Origin: Geminicoccaceae bacterium
GTDB lineage: Bacteria > Pseudomonadota > Alphaproteobacteria > Geminicoccales > Geminicoccaceae
NCBI GenBank assembly: GCA_025062095.1
Contig: JANXAZ010000015.1
Location: forward strand, 1,561 to 65,560
Reading direction: 5' to 3'
Length of the DNA stretch: 64,000 nt
This document shows, piece by piece, positions 55,859 through 64,000 of this stretch. Each line of letters begins with the position of its first letter. Within the stretch, counting starts at the first letter, position 1. The position numbers and the translations under genes are program-made. The notes beneath the pieces are model-generated. The model had not been told where the DNA came from and made no database searches. It saw only the letters and a list, made by a program, of their open reading frames with translations.

Positions 55859-57504
55859 ACGCCCTGGATTCCGCCTGGCGCGCGCTTCGGACCCACGCCG
55901 CCGAGGCCGGGACCTGGTCTCTGCGGCGGCTCTTCGCCGAGGATCCCCGACGGTTCGAGCGTTTCTCGCTGGTTTTCGAGGATCTCCTGCTGGACTGGTC
56001 GAGGCAGCTCGTGCGCCCCGAGACCATGCGGCTTCTGAGCGATCTCGCCCGAGCCGCCGATCTCGAGGGCTGGCGGGCGCGCATGTTCGCGGGCGAACCC
56101 GTGAACACCACCGAAAACCGCGCGGCGTTGCACGTCGCGCTGCGCCATCGCGGGCCCGAGCCGATCCTGTGCCGCGGAAAGGACGTCATGCCCGAGGTGC
56201 GCGGGGTGCTCGCGCGGATGAAAGCGTTCAGCGACGCCGTCCGCGACGGCCGCCTGCGCGGCGCTACCGGCCTTCCGTTCCGCGACGTCGTGAACATCGG
56301 CATCGGCGGATCGGATCTCGGCCCGCAGATGGTCTGCCGCGCCCTCGCCCATCTCGCCCGGCCCGACCTGCGGGTGCATTTCGTCTCCAACCTCGACGGA
56401 GCGCATCTCGCCCCGCTCCTCGCCCGCCTCGATCCCGCCGCCACCCTCTTCGTCGTCGCCTCCAAGACCTTCACCACCCAGGAGACGATGCAGAACGCCG
56501 CTTCCGCCCGCGCCTGGCTCGCCGCGCGGCTGGGCGAAGAGGCGGTCGCGCAACATTTCGTCGCGGTTTCGACCAACGAGGGTGCGGTGCGCGCCTTCGG
56601 CATCGATCCGGAGCGCAGCTTCGGCTTCTGGGAATGGGTGGGCGGGCGTTTTTCCCTGTGGTCGGCCATCGGCTTGCCGATCGCGCTCTGCGTCGGCTTC
56701 GATCGCTTCGAAGAGCTCCTCGAAGGCGGCTATTCGATGGACCGCCATTTCGCGAGCGCGCCTCTGGCGCGGAACCTGCCCGCGATCCACGGCTTGCTCG
56801 CGATCTGGAACCGGGATCTCTTGGGGTTTCCCACCCGCGCGGTGCTACCTTACGACCAGAGGCTCGAGCGGCTGCCGGCTTTCCTCCAGCAGCTCGAGAT
56901 GGAGAGCAACGGCAAGCGCGTTCGCCGCGACGGACGCCCGGTCGAGCATCCGACCTGCCCCGTCGTCTGGGGCGAGGTCGGCACCAACGGTCAGCACGCC
57001 TTCTTCCAGCTCTTGCACCAGGGCACCGACGTCGTGCCCTGCGAGTTCATCGTCTGCGCGGAGGCCGATCACGGGCTTCCCGGCCATCACGAGAAGCTCT
57101 TGGCCAACGTTCTCGCCCAGATGCGCGCGCTCGCCTTCGGGCGCGACGAAGCCGAGGCCCGAGCCGGTCTCGAGGCCGCGGGGCTGTCGGGCGAGACCCT
57201 CGCGCTTCTGTCCCGCCACCGTGCTTTTCCGGGCAATCGACCGTCGACCGCGATCGTCCTCGATCGCCTCACGCCCCGCGCCCTCGGCCGCCTGATCGCG
57301 CTGTACGAGCACAGCGTGTTCGTCCAGGGCGTGATCTGGGAGATCGACAGCTTCGATCAGTGGGGGGTGGAGCTCGGCAAGGAACTCGCTACGCGCCTTC
57401 TGCCGGCGGTCGAAAGCGGAACCGAGCCGGAAGAGCTCGACGGTTCGACGCGCGGTCTCCTGCGCCATCTCCGCAGCAGGCGCCGAGCCCTCGCGGACGG
57501 GTGA
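55855..57504 (+). CDS. pgi: glucose-6-phosphate isomerase
   Basis: 549 aa from a TTG overlapping the eda stop (TTGA). NIGIGGSDLGP, VASKTFTTQET, WVGGRFSLWSAIG, QQLEMESNGK, GTNGQHAFFQLLHQG. Confidence 0.95.
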   Translation: MNALDSAWRALRTHAAEAGTWSLRRLFAEDPRRFERFSLVFEDLLLDWSRQLVRPETMRLLSDLARAADLEGWRARMFAGEPVNTTENRAALHVALRHRGPEPILCRGKDVMPEVRGVLARMKAFSDAVRDGRLRGATGLPFRDVVNIGIGGSDLGPQMVCRALAHLARPDLRVHFVSNLDGAHLAPLLARLDPAATLFVVASKTFTTQETMQNAASARAWLAARLGEEAVAQHFVAVSTNEGAVRAFGIDPERSFGFWEWVGGRFSLWSAIGLPIALCVGFDRFEELLEGGYSMDRHFASAPLARNLPAIHGLLAIWNRDLLGFPTRAVLPYDQRLERLPAFLQQLEMESNGKRVRRDGRPVEHPTCPVVWGEVGTNGQHAFFQLLHQGTDVVPCEFIVCAEADHGLPGHHEKLLANVLAQMRALAFGRDEAEARAGLEAAGLSGETLALLSRHRAFPGNRPSTAIVLDRLTPRALGRLIALYEHSVFVQGVIWEIDSFDQWGVELGKELATRLLPAVESGTEPEELDGSTRGLLRHLRSRRRALADG

Positions 57505-59612
57505 TGAGCCCGCTCGTCCCGCCCCGGCGGCTGGACGCCGCGACCGTCGCGGCGATCGTCGAGGGTCGGCACGGCGAGCCTTTCGCCGTGCTCGGCCCGC
57601 ATCCGGTCGCGGAAGGGGTGGTCGTGCGCGCCTTCGCTCCCGGAGCCGAGCGACTGGAAGTCCTCGCCCTCGACGGTGCGCTCTTGGGCGAGCTCGCACC
57701 GCTCCATCCCGCCGGTCTGTTCGAAGGGCTTTTCGACCGGCGGTCCTTCCCGCGTGCCTATCGGCTGCGCGCCCACCGGGGCGCGTGGTCCTGGGAACTC
57801 GAGGACGCTTATCGCTTCGCACCGGTCTTCGACGAAGCCGAGCTCGCCCGGCTGTGGGAGGAGAACGGTCGCCCGTGGCTGCGCCTCGGAGCGCATCTTC
57901 GTGTGCACGAAGGCGCGAGCGGCGTCGTCTTCGCGCTCTGGGCGCCGAGAGCCGCGCGCGTCGCGGTGGTCGGCGATTTCAACGGCTGGGACCCGCGCAC
58001 CCATGCCATGCGCCGACGCGCGCACGGAGTGTGGGAGCTGTTCGTTCCCGGCGCGACCCGCGGTGGCCGCTACCGCTTCGCGATCCGCGACGAGCGCGGC
58101 CGGGCGCTGCCCTTGCGACCCGATCCGTTCGCGACCCTGTGCGATGCCTCGGGTGCGGCCGTCGTCCGCGCACCCGCGCCGCCCGGCGGGGACGATGCGC
58201 CCCGGCTCGGCCCGCATGCGTTCGAATGCGCGAGCGAGCGGCCGCTCGCCTTCCTCGAGCTCGGCTTCGAAACCTGGCTCGATCGGCGGGCCGGCGGGCC
58301 CCGGGCGCGCGCACTTCCCGCCCTCGCTCGCGAGCTCGGCTTCACCCATCTCGCCCTGCGCGCACCGCGACGGGCCGCCGCGCCCGCTGCGGCCGGCTTT
58401 CCCGCGGGCCCTTTCGCGCCGCTCGCGGCCGAAGAGGCTTTGGAGGGGCTGCGGCGCCTGGTCGATGCGGCGCACGACGCCTCCTTGGGCGTCGTCCTCG
58501 ATTGGCCCCTGCTGAAGACGAACCCCGCCGAGCTGGGCCTCGCTCTGTTCGACGGCGCTCCCCTCTTCGAGACGGAAGCGGGCGGAGGCTGGGACGTCGC
58601 GCGCGCCGAGGTCGAAAGCTTTCTTCTCGCGAGCGCGTGCTTTTGGCTCGAAGCCTTCCGGCTCGACGGGCTGCGCTCGGCCGTGCCGTTGCCTCCCCGG
58701 TGCACGGGACCCGCAGAAGGTGCGTGCGAAGCCCTTTCCGCTTTCCCGCGACGCCTCGCCGAGCGGCTCGCGCAACGATTTCCCGGGGTTGTCACGATCG
58801 CCGAAGAGACGGATCTCCCGAGCGGCCTCACCCGGCCGAGCTGGCAGGGCGGGCACGGCTTCGCCTTGGCCGAGAACGGCGCGTTCGCTCGTGCGCTCTT
58901 CGCCTTCTTCGCCTCCGACTTCGCCCTGCGCAGCCGCGAGGGCTGCGCCCTCGCCTTCGCCCGCGCCCACGCCTTCGCCGAGCGGTTCTTGCTGCCGTTG
59001 CGCCTCGAGGACGCGGCCTTCGGGGCCTCCTCGATCGAGCGGCTGCCCGGCGAGCCGGTTCGACGCTGGGCGGCTCTGCGCGCGCTCCTGGGCTACGCCT
59101 GGGGCCATCCGGGCAAAAAGCTCGTCGCCTGCGACGACCTCCTCGCTCCCGAACTCGACACCGCCGCGTCCACCGAGCCCGGTCCTGCGGCCCCCGACGC
59201 GTCGCAACGGCGGGGAATCCTCCGGCTCCTCGCCGCCCTCAATCGGCTCTATCGCGAGTTTCCGGCTCTCCACCGCCTCGATGCCGATCCCGCCGGACTC
59301 GCCTGGATCGATCTCGAAGAGCGCCCGCTCGTGGAGGCCTGGCTTCGGCTCGGTCGCCCGGGCGATGCGCCCGTGCTCGTGATCGTCAACGCCGGTCCCG
59401 AGCCGCGCGCGCGTTTTCCGATCGGCGTTCCGCACCCGGGCATTTGGCGCCTTCTTCTTTCGACGGAGGCGGAAGAGTTCGGTGGAAGCGGCACTCCCGC
59501 CGAGCCCGAACCGCGCGCCGAACCCGAGCCGCGGCACGGGCGGGCTTTCTCGCTCCGCCTCGATCTGCCTCCGCTCGCCACGCTCTTCTTCGCCTGGAAC
59601 GGCGAGGGGTGA
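57504..59612 (+). CDS. 1,4-alpha-glucan branching enzyme (GlgB) homolog with degenerate GH13 catalytic motifs
   Basis: 702 aa. The N-terminal and CBM48 parts are well conserved (FAVLGPH, YRFAP, WAPRAARVAVVGDFNGWD, GVWELFVPGA). The C-terminus is also conserved (PGKKL, PPLATLFF). The four catalytic regions are altered; see the finding for this locus. Confidence 0.8.
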   Translation: MSPLVPPRRLDAATVAAIVEGRHGEPFAVLGPHPVAEGVVVRAFAPGAERLEVLALDGALLGELAPLHPAGLFEGLFDRRSFPRAYRLRAHRGAWSWELEDAYRFAPVFDEAELARLWEENGRPWLRLGAHLRVHEGASGVVFALWAPRAARVAVVGDFNGWDPRTHAMRRRAHGVWELFVPGATRGGRYRFAIRDERGRALPLRPDPFATLCDASGAAVVRAPAPPGGDDAPRLGPHAFECASERPLAFLELGFETWLDRRAGGPRARALPALARELGFTHLALRAPRRAAAPAAAGFPAGPFAPLAAEEALEGLRRLVDAAHDASLGVVLDWPLLKTNPAELGLALFDGAPLFETEAGGGWDVARAEVESFLLASACFWLEAFRLDGLRSAVPLPPRCTGPAEGACEALSAFPRRLAERLAQRFPGVVTIAEETDLPSGLTRPSWQGGHGFALAENGAFARALFAFFASDFALRSREGCALAFARAHAFAERFLLPLRLEDAAFGASSIERLPGEPVRRWAALRALLGYAWGHPGKKLVACDDLLAPELDTAASTEPGPAAPDASQRRGILRLLAALNRLYREFPALHRLDADPAGLAWIDLEERPLVEAWLRLGRPGDAPVLVIVNAGPEPRARFPIGVPHPGIWRLLLSTEAEEFGGSGTPAEPEPRAEPEPRHGRAFSLRLDLPPLATLFFAWNGEG

Positions 59613-59622
59613 GCCGACGGCC

Positions 59623-59668
59623 GGGCACGGGAAGGCGCGAGCCGCGCCCGGCGCGCGGACCCGTGCCC
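59623..59668. terminator. long GC hairpin between convergent glgB-like and fnr-like genes
   Basis: GGGCACGGG ... CCCGTGCCC (9-bp outer stem) encloses a further GCGCG/CGCGC-rich segment. It fills the whole 56-nt convergent gap. There is no U-tract. Confidence 0.35.
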
Positions 59669-60403
59669 TCAGCCCGCGGCGGCGGCGCGGCGCAGGCGAT
59701 CGGGGTCGACCACGCGATAATGATGGCGGTCGACCAAGCGGATCAGTCCCTCCTCCTCGACCGCGCGGATCGAGCGGCTCACGGTCTCGATGGTGAGCCC
59801 CAGATAGTCCGCGATGTCGTTGCGGCTCATCGGCAAGGCGACGAGTTCGCGGCCGACCATCGCCTGCCGACGGGCGAAGCTCAGAAGAAAGCTCGCGACC
59901 CGTTCTTTGGCGCTCTTGCGCCCGAGCAACAGCATCTGTTCCTGCGCGGCGGCGAGCTCGGAGCTGGCTCGGCTCAGGAGCTCGCGCTCGAGCGCGGGGT
60001 GGCGTTCCAGGAGCCGCAAGAACCCCTCGCGGGGAAAGCGGCACAGGCCGACCTCGGTGACCGCTTCGGCGCTGTAGGCGTAACTCGTGAAATGGGCGAG
60101 CCCCAAGAAATCGCCGGGAAGCAAGAAGCCCGTGATCTGCCGCCTCCCGTCGGGCAAGGCCTTGTAGAGCTTGACCACGCCTTCGACGAGCGTGAACAGG
60201 CTGCGGGCGGGCTCGCCTTCGTCGAAGAGCAGCTTTTTCGCCGGAAGCTCGAGCCGCGTGGCGAGGGCCGCGAGTTCGTCCAGGGCTTGCGGCTCGAGCG
60301 CGCGGCAGACGGCGAGGCCGCGGATCCGGCATTGCTCGCACAAGCCGACGCAGCCGGGTCGAGAGAGCACACCGAGACGCGCCGCACCAGAGCCGTCGGG
60401 CAC
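59669..60403 (-). CDS. fnr: FNR-type (Crp/Fnr family) oxygen-sensing transcription regulator
   Basis: From GTG 60401-60403 (GGGAGG 5 nt upstream) the protein has Cys18/22/25/33 and Cys121. This mirrors the E. coli FNR [4Fe-4S] ligand spacing. It also has a cNMP-binding-like fold and the HTH recognition motif IETVSRSI (E--SR). Confidence 0.85.
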   Translation of the reverse strand: MPDGSGAARLGVLSRPGCVGLCEQCRIRGLAVCRALEPQALDELAALATRLELPAKKLLFDEGEPARSLFTLVEGVVKLYKALPDGRRQITGFLLPGDFLGLAHFTSYAYSAEAVTEVGLCRFPREGFLRLLERHPALERELLSRASSELAAAQEQMLLLGRKSAKERVASFLLSFARRQAMVGRELVALPMSRNDIADYLGLTIETVSRSIRAVEEEGLIRLVDRHHYRVVDPDRLRRAAAAG

Positions 60404-60440
60404 CTTCACCTCCCGAGCGGTGGCAAATAACTCCGAGCCC

Positions 60441-60454
60441 TTGATCTGGGTCAA
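60441..60454. promoter_or_regulatory. FNR/FixK-type box TTGAT-CTGG-GTCAA
   Basis: 9/10 match to TTGAT-N4-ATCAA in the 85-nt divergent gap between the fnr-like gene and the 60489 operon. The centre (60447.5) is 41.5 nt from ATG 60489. CATTCT lies at the expected -10 position. Confidence 0.55.
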
Positions 60455-60488
60455 TGCCGGCTCTTGGCCGGCGCGACATTCTGCCCGC

Positions 60489-61082
60489 ATGGGCGGAGTG
60501 GTCGTTCTCTGTGGCAGCGCTCGGGACGCAACCTGCTCGTGGCGCGAGCTCGCGCCGCACGAGCTCGCGCTCGCCTGGCCACTCGCTCGGCTCTTCGGCG
60601 CCGGCCCCGACCTCGCGGCCTGGCGCACCGCCACGCGGGCTTGGCTTTCGGGCGATGCGCGCCGCCGCCTCGGGGCGCTGTTCACCGCGCGCGGCGTGAT
60701 CGGAGCGCGCGCCCGCTACGCGGCGCGAGGATCGCGCCCCGAGGCGGTGCTCGACGTGTCTTGGCTCGCCGCGCTCGAGGTGACCCCCGAGCCGCGGTAC
60801 CACCTGGCCCTTCTTTCGGCCCTCGCTTCGCGGGCGCGGTCGGCCGGTTGCGCGAGCCTGCGCCTGTCCGGCCACGGCCCCTCGGCGGCCGCTCTCGCGG
60901 CCGCGGCCGCGCGCCTTCGCTTGCACGCCGAACCCGACGGCTGGCGCTGGTGGCTTGCCGCGGGTGCGGCACCCGTCCCTTCGGGACCGTCCGACCGGGG
61001 CTTTCGGTCCGTCACGATGGCGAGCCGTGCCGTAGAGGCGTTCGCGCGCGACGGAAAGAGCAGGGGGAGAAGCGATCCGTGA
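60489..61082 (+). CDS. hypothetical protein, first gene of the RTX-paralog operon
   Basis: 197 aa with high GC3 through about residue 160. The stop overlaps the GTG of the next gene (GTGA). No family recognised. Confidence 0.5.
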   Translation: MGGVVVLCGSARDATCSWRELAPHELALAWPLARLFGAGPDLAAWRTATRAWLSGDARRRLGALFTARGVIGARARYAARGSRPEAVLDVSWLAALEVTPEPRYHLALLSALASRARSAGCASLRLSGHGPSAAALAAAAARLRLHAEPDGWRWWLAAGAAPVPSGPSDRGFRSVTMASRAVEAFARDGKSRGRSDP

Positions 61083-61881
61083 CCATCGTTCGGTTCCTCG
61101 TGCCGGGGAGCGACATCGCGGCCCTGGTGGAGGGGGCGAGCTACGGCACCCTCGTCGCCGCGACGCCGACGGAGATCGTCGTCGCCGTCGACGACGTCCT
61201 GTTCGCCCATTTCTTGGGCAGCTTCGATTATTCCTCGCGTTCGCGTTTGATGGCCTCGCGCCTCGACCGCATCGAATTCACGCAAGACCTCGAACGCACG
61301 CTCCCACTCGTGACGTTCGAGGAGTTGAATACCACGCTGGGCACGCTGGGCCGAAATCCCGCTCGGCTGTTCGCCGGCAACGATCTCTTCGTCGGCTCGT
61401 ACGGAGACGACGATTTGACGTTTCTCGAGGATCCGCTGGTCGGCCGCGGCAACGACACGGTGCGCGGCGGGGCCGGGAACGACCGGATCGCCGGTGGCCC
61501 GGGATCCGACAAGCTCTTCGGCGAGGAGGGCGAGGACGTCCTCTTCCTGGGTCCGGGCAAGGACCAGGCGACGGGCGGAGCCGGGGGCGACGCCTTCGTC
61601 CTCGGGGGCGGAAGTCGCGGCTGCAGGATCAGGGACTTCGCGGCGAGCGCGGGGGACGTGCTGGAGCTTCGCGTGGAAGAACGCGTCGGCGACCCGGATG
61701 CCGCGCTCGCCGACCCGGAAGGCTTTTTTCCCCTTTCTGCCGACCAGGACCGGTGCCGAGCTGCAGCGCGATGCGAACGGTGGCAGCGACCGCTTCGCGA
61801 CCCGGGGCGACGATCACCGGCGATCTCGGCTCCACCGACCTCGACACCCTGATCGCCCAAGGCACCCTCGTGATCGCCTGA
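61079..61881 (+). pseudogene. RTX-repeat calcium-binding protein, copy 1, interrupted by two +1 frameshifts at homopolymer runs
   Basis: Five GGxGxD nonapeptides (GGAGNDRIA GGPGSDKLF GEEGEDVLF LGPGKDQAT GGAGGDAFV). Relative to copy 2 there is one extra base at the T6 run (61724-61729) or the adjoining C4 run (61730-61733), and one at the G4 run (61804-61807). The conserved C-terminus [24 protein letters not shown] is therefore in a third frame, ending at TGA 61879-61881. As written, the ORF stops at 61852. Confidence 0.7.
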
Positions 61882-61906
61882 CCGCGCACCGCGAGCCGGT
61901 GCGGCC
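61761..61906 (+). repeat. near-identical 3' block shared by the two RTX paralogs (copy A)
   Basis: 146 nt matching 62804-62948 with 7 substitutions and 1 indel. The core 61808-61881 differs at 1 position. The block runs about 25 nt past the stop codon. Confidence 0.85.
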
Positions 61907-62122
61907 TCGGCGCCTCGCTAGGCGTCCGGCGCCAGAAGGTCTCGGCCCTCCGCCCGGCGGCTCGGTTTATCCGCTCCCCGTCGGCGCGCGGCGGGACCGA
62001 CGTGCAGACCGTCCGGCACGGTGGCTCGACGGTCGAAGTCGAGTGCGATAAGCGATTGCGTATCCGAACGATCGGACGCCGGGCATCGCCGGGGCTCGGT
62101 GAACCGCGGGGAGGCTCCTCGC

Positions 62123-62923
62123 ATGGTCGAGGTGCGGTGTTTCGTCGTCACGAACGATCTCGTCGGTCTTCTCGAAAGGGTCGACGACGGCGAGCTGATC
62201 TCAAGGGACGGCTCCCGGATCGTCGGACGCTTGGATTCCGGGCTCTACGCCCATTTGTCGGGCGCGTTCGACTTCTCCTCTCGACCGGCGTTTCTCGCCT
62301 CGCCCCTCACGCGCATCGAGGTGACGGAGGATGCGGAAGGCCGGGTGCCGCTGATCTCGATCACCGGGATCGAGGGAAGGATGAGAGACCTCGAGATCGG
62401 TCTCGAGACCTTGTTCGCCGGCCGAGACCGGATCTCGGGCTCGTCCGGCGACGATGTGATCACCTTTCTCGATTATCCCTCGTTCGGCATCGGCGACGAC
62501 ACGCTGCGCGGCGGCGACGGCGACGACGTGCTCCACGGCGGCCTCGGGAAGGACCGCCTGTTCGGGGATGCGGGGAACGATCTGCTCTACCTCGGCTCGG
62601 GAAAGGACCGCGCGACGGGTGGCGCCGGTGCCGACGTTTTCGTTTTCCTGAACGGAAGCCGCGGCAGCGCGCTCGCGGACTTCTCGGCTGCCGCGGGCGA
62701 TCGACTCGTACTCCTGGCCGATCAGCTGTTCTCGGATCCGGAAGCGGTGCGCGCCGACCCCGAAGGCTTCGTGCGCCTCCTCCCCGCCCGCTCGGGAGCG
62801 CGGCTGCAGCTCGATGCGAACGGTGGCGGCGACCGCTTCGTGACCTGGGCGACGATCACCGGCGATCTCGGGTCCACCGACCTCGACACCCTGATCGCCC
62901 AAGGCACCCTCGTGATCGCCTGA
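62123..62923 (+). CDS. RTX-repeat calcium-binding protein, copy 2 (intact; candidate type I secretion substrate)
   Basis: 266 aa. ATG with GGGGAGG upstream. Nonapeptides [45 protein letters not shown]. No Cys after the N-terminal residues and no signal peptide. Acidic C-terminal region. Confidence 0.8.
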   Translation: MVEVRCFVVTNDLVGLLERVDDGELISRDGSRIVGRLDSGLYAHLSGAFDFSSRPAFLASPLTRIEVTEDAEGRVPLISITGIEGRMRDLEIGLETLFAGRDRISGSSGDDVITFLDYPSFGIGDDTLRGGDGDDVLHGGLGKDRLFGDAGNDLLYLGSGKDRATGGAGADVFVFLNGSRGSALADFSAAAGDRLVLLADQLFSDPEAVRADPEGFVRLLPARSGARLQLDANGGGDRFVTWATITGDLGSTDLDTLIAQGTLVIA

Positions 62924-62948
62924 GCGCGCGCCGCGAGCCGGTGCGGCC
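62804..62948 (+). repeat. near-identical 3' block shared by the two RTX paralogs (copy B)
   Basis: See 61761-61906. Confidence 0.85.
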
Positions 62949-63025
62949 GGCCCCCCGCGGTCGCTCGCGTCGGGGCGACGCGGCCTTCTGGCCTCCTCCA
63001 CGCGGGCCGGCTAAGAGCGGACGCG

Positions 63026-64000
63026 ATGACGCTCGTGACCGCCACTTCCGCGCTCGCCGCGCTCTGCGCTCGTCTTGCGCGCGAAACCTACGTCACCGTC
63101 GATACCGAGTTCATGCGCGACCGCACCTATTGGCCCAAGCTCTGTCTCGTGCAGGTGGCGGGGGCGCGGGAAGCGGCGGCGATCGATCCGCTCGCTCCGG
63201 GGCTCGATCTCGCGCCTCTTCTCGAGCTCATGGCCGAAGAGCGCGTGCTCAAGGTGTTCCACGCCTGCCGCCAAGATCTCGAGATCTTCTGGCTGCTCAT
63301 GAAAGGCCGCGTGCCGAGCCCGATCTACGACACCCAAGTGGCGGCCATGGTGTGCGGCTTCGGTGAAGAAGTGGCCTACGACACGCTCGTGCAGAAACTC
63401 GCCAAGGCCCGGCTGGACAAGAGCTTCCGCTTCACCGACTGGTCGCGGCGGCCGCTCTCCGCGGCCCAGATCGCGTACGCCCTTTCCGACGTGACCCATC
63501 TGCGCACGATCTACGAGGAGCTCTCCCGCCGCGTGCAGGCCGCGGGACGGGCGAGCTGGGTCGAAGAAGAGCTCGCGCGCATCAGCGATCCCGCCCAGTT
63601 CGAACAGCCCCCCGAAGAGGCTTGGCGCCGGTTGCGGGTGCGCAGCCGCGACCGCCGCTTCCTCGCCGTCGTCCAGAAGCTGGCCGCTTGGCGCGAGCGC
63701 GCCGCCCAGGCGCGCGATCTGCCGCGCCAGAAGGTGCTGCGCGACGATCTCCTGCTCGAGATCGCGGCGCATCGGCCGCGCACGGTCGAGGAGCTGCGCG
63801 GTCACGAGCGCATCAGCCTGGACCGGACGAGCGCGCTCGAGGTGATCGCGGCGATCAACGAGGCCCTGGCGCTTCCCGAAGCGCAGCTGCCCGAACTCGA
63901 AGAGACGCCCGAGCCGCCGCGAGGGATCGGCCCGCTCGTGGACATGCTCAAGGTCCTGTTGAAGTTGCGCTGCGAAGAGGCCGAGGTGGCGCAGCGCATG
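63026..64000 (+). CDS. rnd: ribonuclease D (5' part; continues beyond the window)
   Basis: MTLVTATSALAALCARLARETYVTVDTEFMRDRTYWPKLCLVQVA ... FHAARQDLEIF ... YALSDVTHL (DEDDy exonuclease motifs). An HRDC-like region follows. The frame is open to nt 64000 and is absent from the ORF track because no stop is reached. Confidence 0.9.
   Translation, partial: MTLVTATSALAALCARLARETYVTVDTEFMRDRTYWPKLCLVQVAGAREAAAIDPLAPGLDLAPLLELMAEERVLKVFHACRQDLEIFWLLMKGRVPSPIYDTQVAAMVCGFGEEVAYDTLVQKLAKARLDKSFRFTDWSRRPLSAAQIAYALSDVTHLRTIYEELSRRVQAAGRASWVEEELARISDPAQFEQPPEEAWRRLRVRSRDRRFLAVVQKLAAWRERAAQARDLPRQKVLRDDLLLEIAAHRPRTVEELRGHERISLDRTSALEVIAAINEALALPEAQLPELEETPEPPRGIGPLVDMLKVLLKLRCEEAEVAQRM

Noticed and set aside
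60489-61082. Idea that the protein coupled to the RTX gene is an HlyC-type toxin-activating acyltransferase.
   Set aside because: I cannot align it to the HlyC/RTX-acyltransferase pattern by eye, and the RTX paralogs show no obvious acylation-site context. It is left as unknown.
1-64000. Scan for CRISPR arrays, rRNA operons, IS elements/transposases, prophage or toxin-antitoxin modules.
   Set aside because: No regularly spaced direct repeats, no rRNA-like sequence, and no transposase, integrase, phage or TA-like ORFs were recognised. The only repeat pair found is the RTX 3' block.

Overview
This is a very GC-rich (about 70%) chromosomal segment with alphaproteobacterial gene order. It is densely packed with about 65 protein genes, 2 tRNAs and one likely 6S RNA. 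Many neighbouring genes overlap by 1-4 nt at stop/start (GTGA, ATGA, TGATG).

Most of the content is core housekeeping:
- rpmH-rnpA-yidD-yidC-engB-argB
- zapA / 6S RNA / 5-formyl-THF cyclo-ligase
- gap, pgk, class I fba
- ispH-thrB-rnhA
- rluD-rpoH
- eda-pgi
- rnd (runs off the 3' end)

Accessory-looking content:
1. A two-gene HlyB/HlyD-type type I secretion module (9.9-13.4 kb).
2. A plcP-like/btaA/btaB membrane-lipid remodelling cluster inserted between gap and pgk (18.8-21.6 kb).
3. An FAD-oxidoreductase plus GT25 glycosyltransferase pair (27.6-29.9 kb).
4. A 9-gene TRAP-transporter / CoA-transferase / crotonase / PdxA-like / DUF362 catabolic cluster of unknown substrate (33.3-42.1 kb).
5. 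A full-length GlgB-like ORF whose GH13 catalytic motifs are eroded (57.5-59.6 kb).
6. An FNR-type regulator facing, across a near-consensus FNR box, a small operon with two tandem RTX (GGxGxD) calcium-binding paralogs. One paralog is broken by two homopolymer frameshifts (59.7-62.9 kb).

No CRISPR array, rRNA, transposase, integrase or phage gene is visible. The six-frame track contains many long Arg/Pro/Gly-rich alternative-frame ORFs; these are the usual artefact of high GC content and were not called. All product names come from motif and family recognition by eye, since no database search was possible. Start codons are often uncertain by tens of nucleotides.
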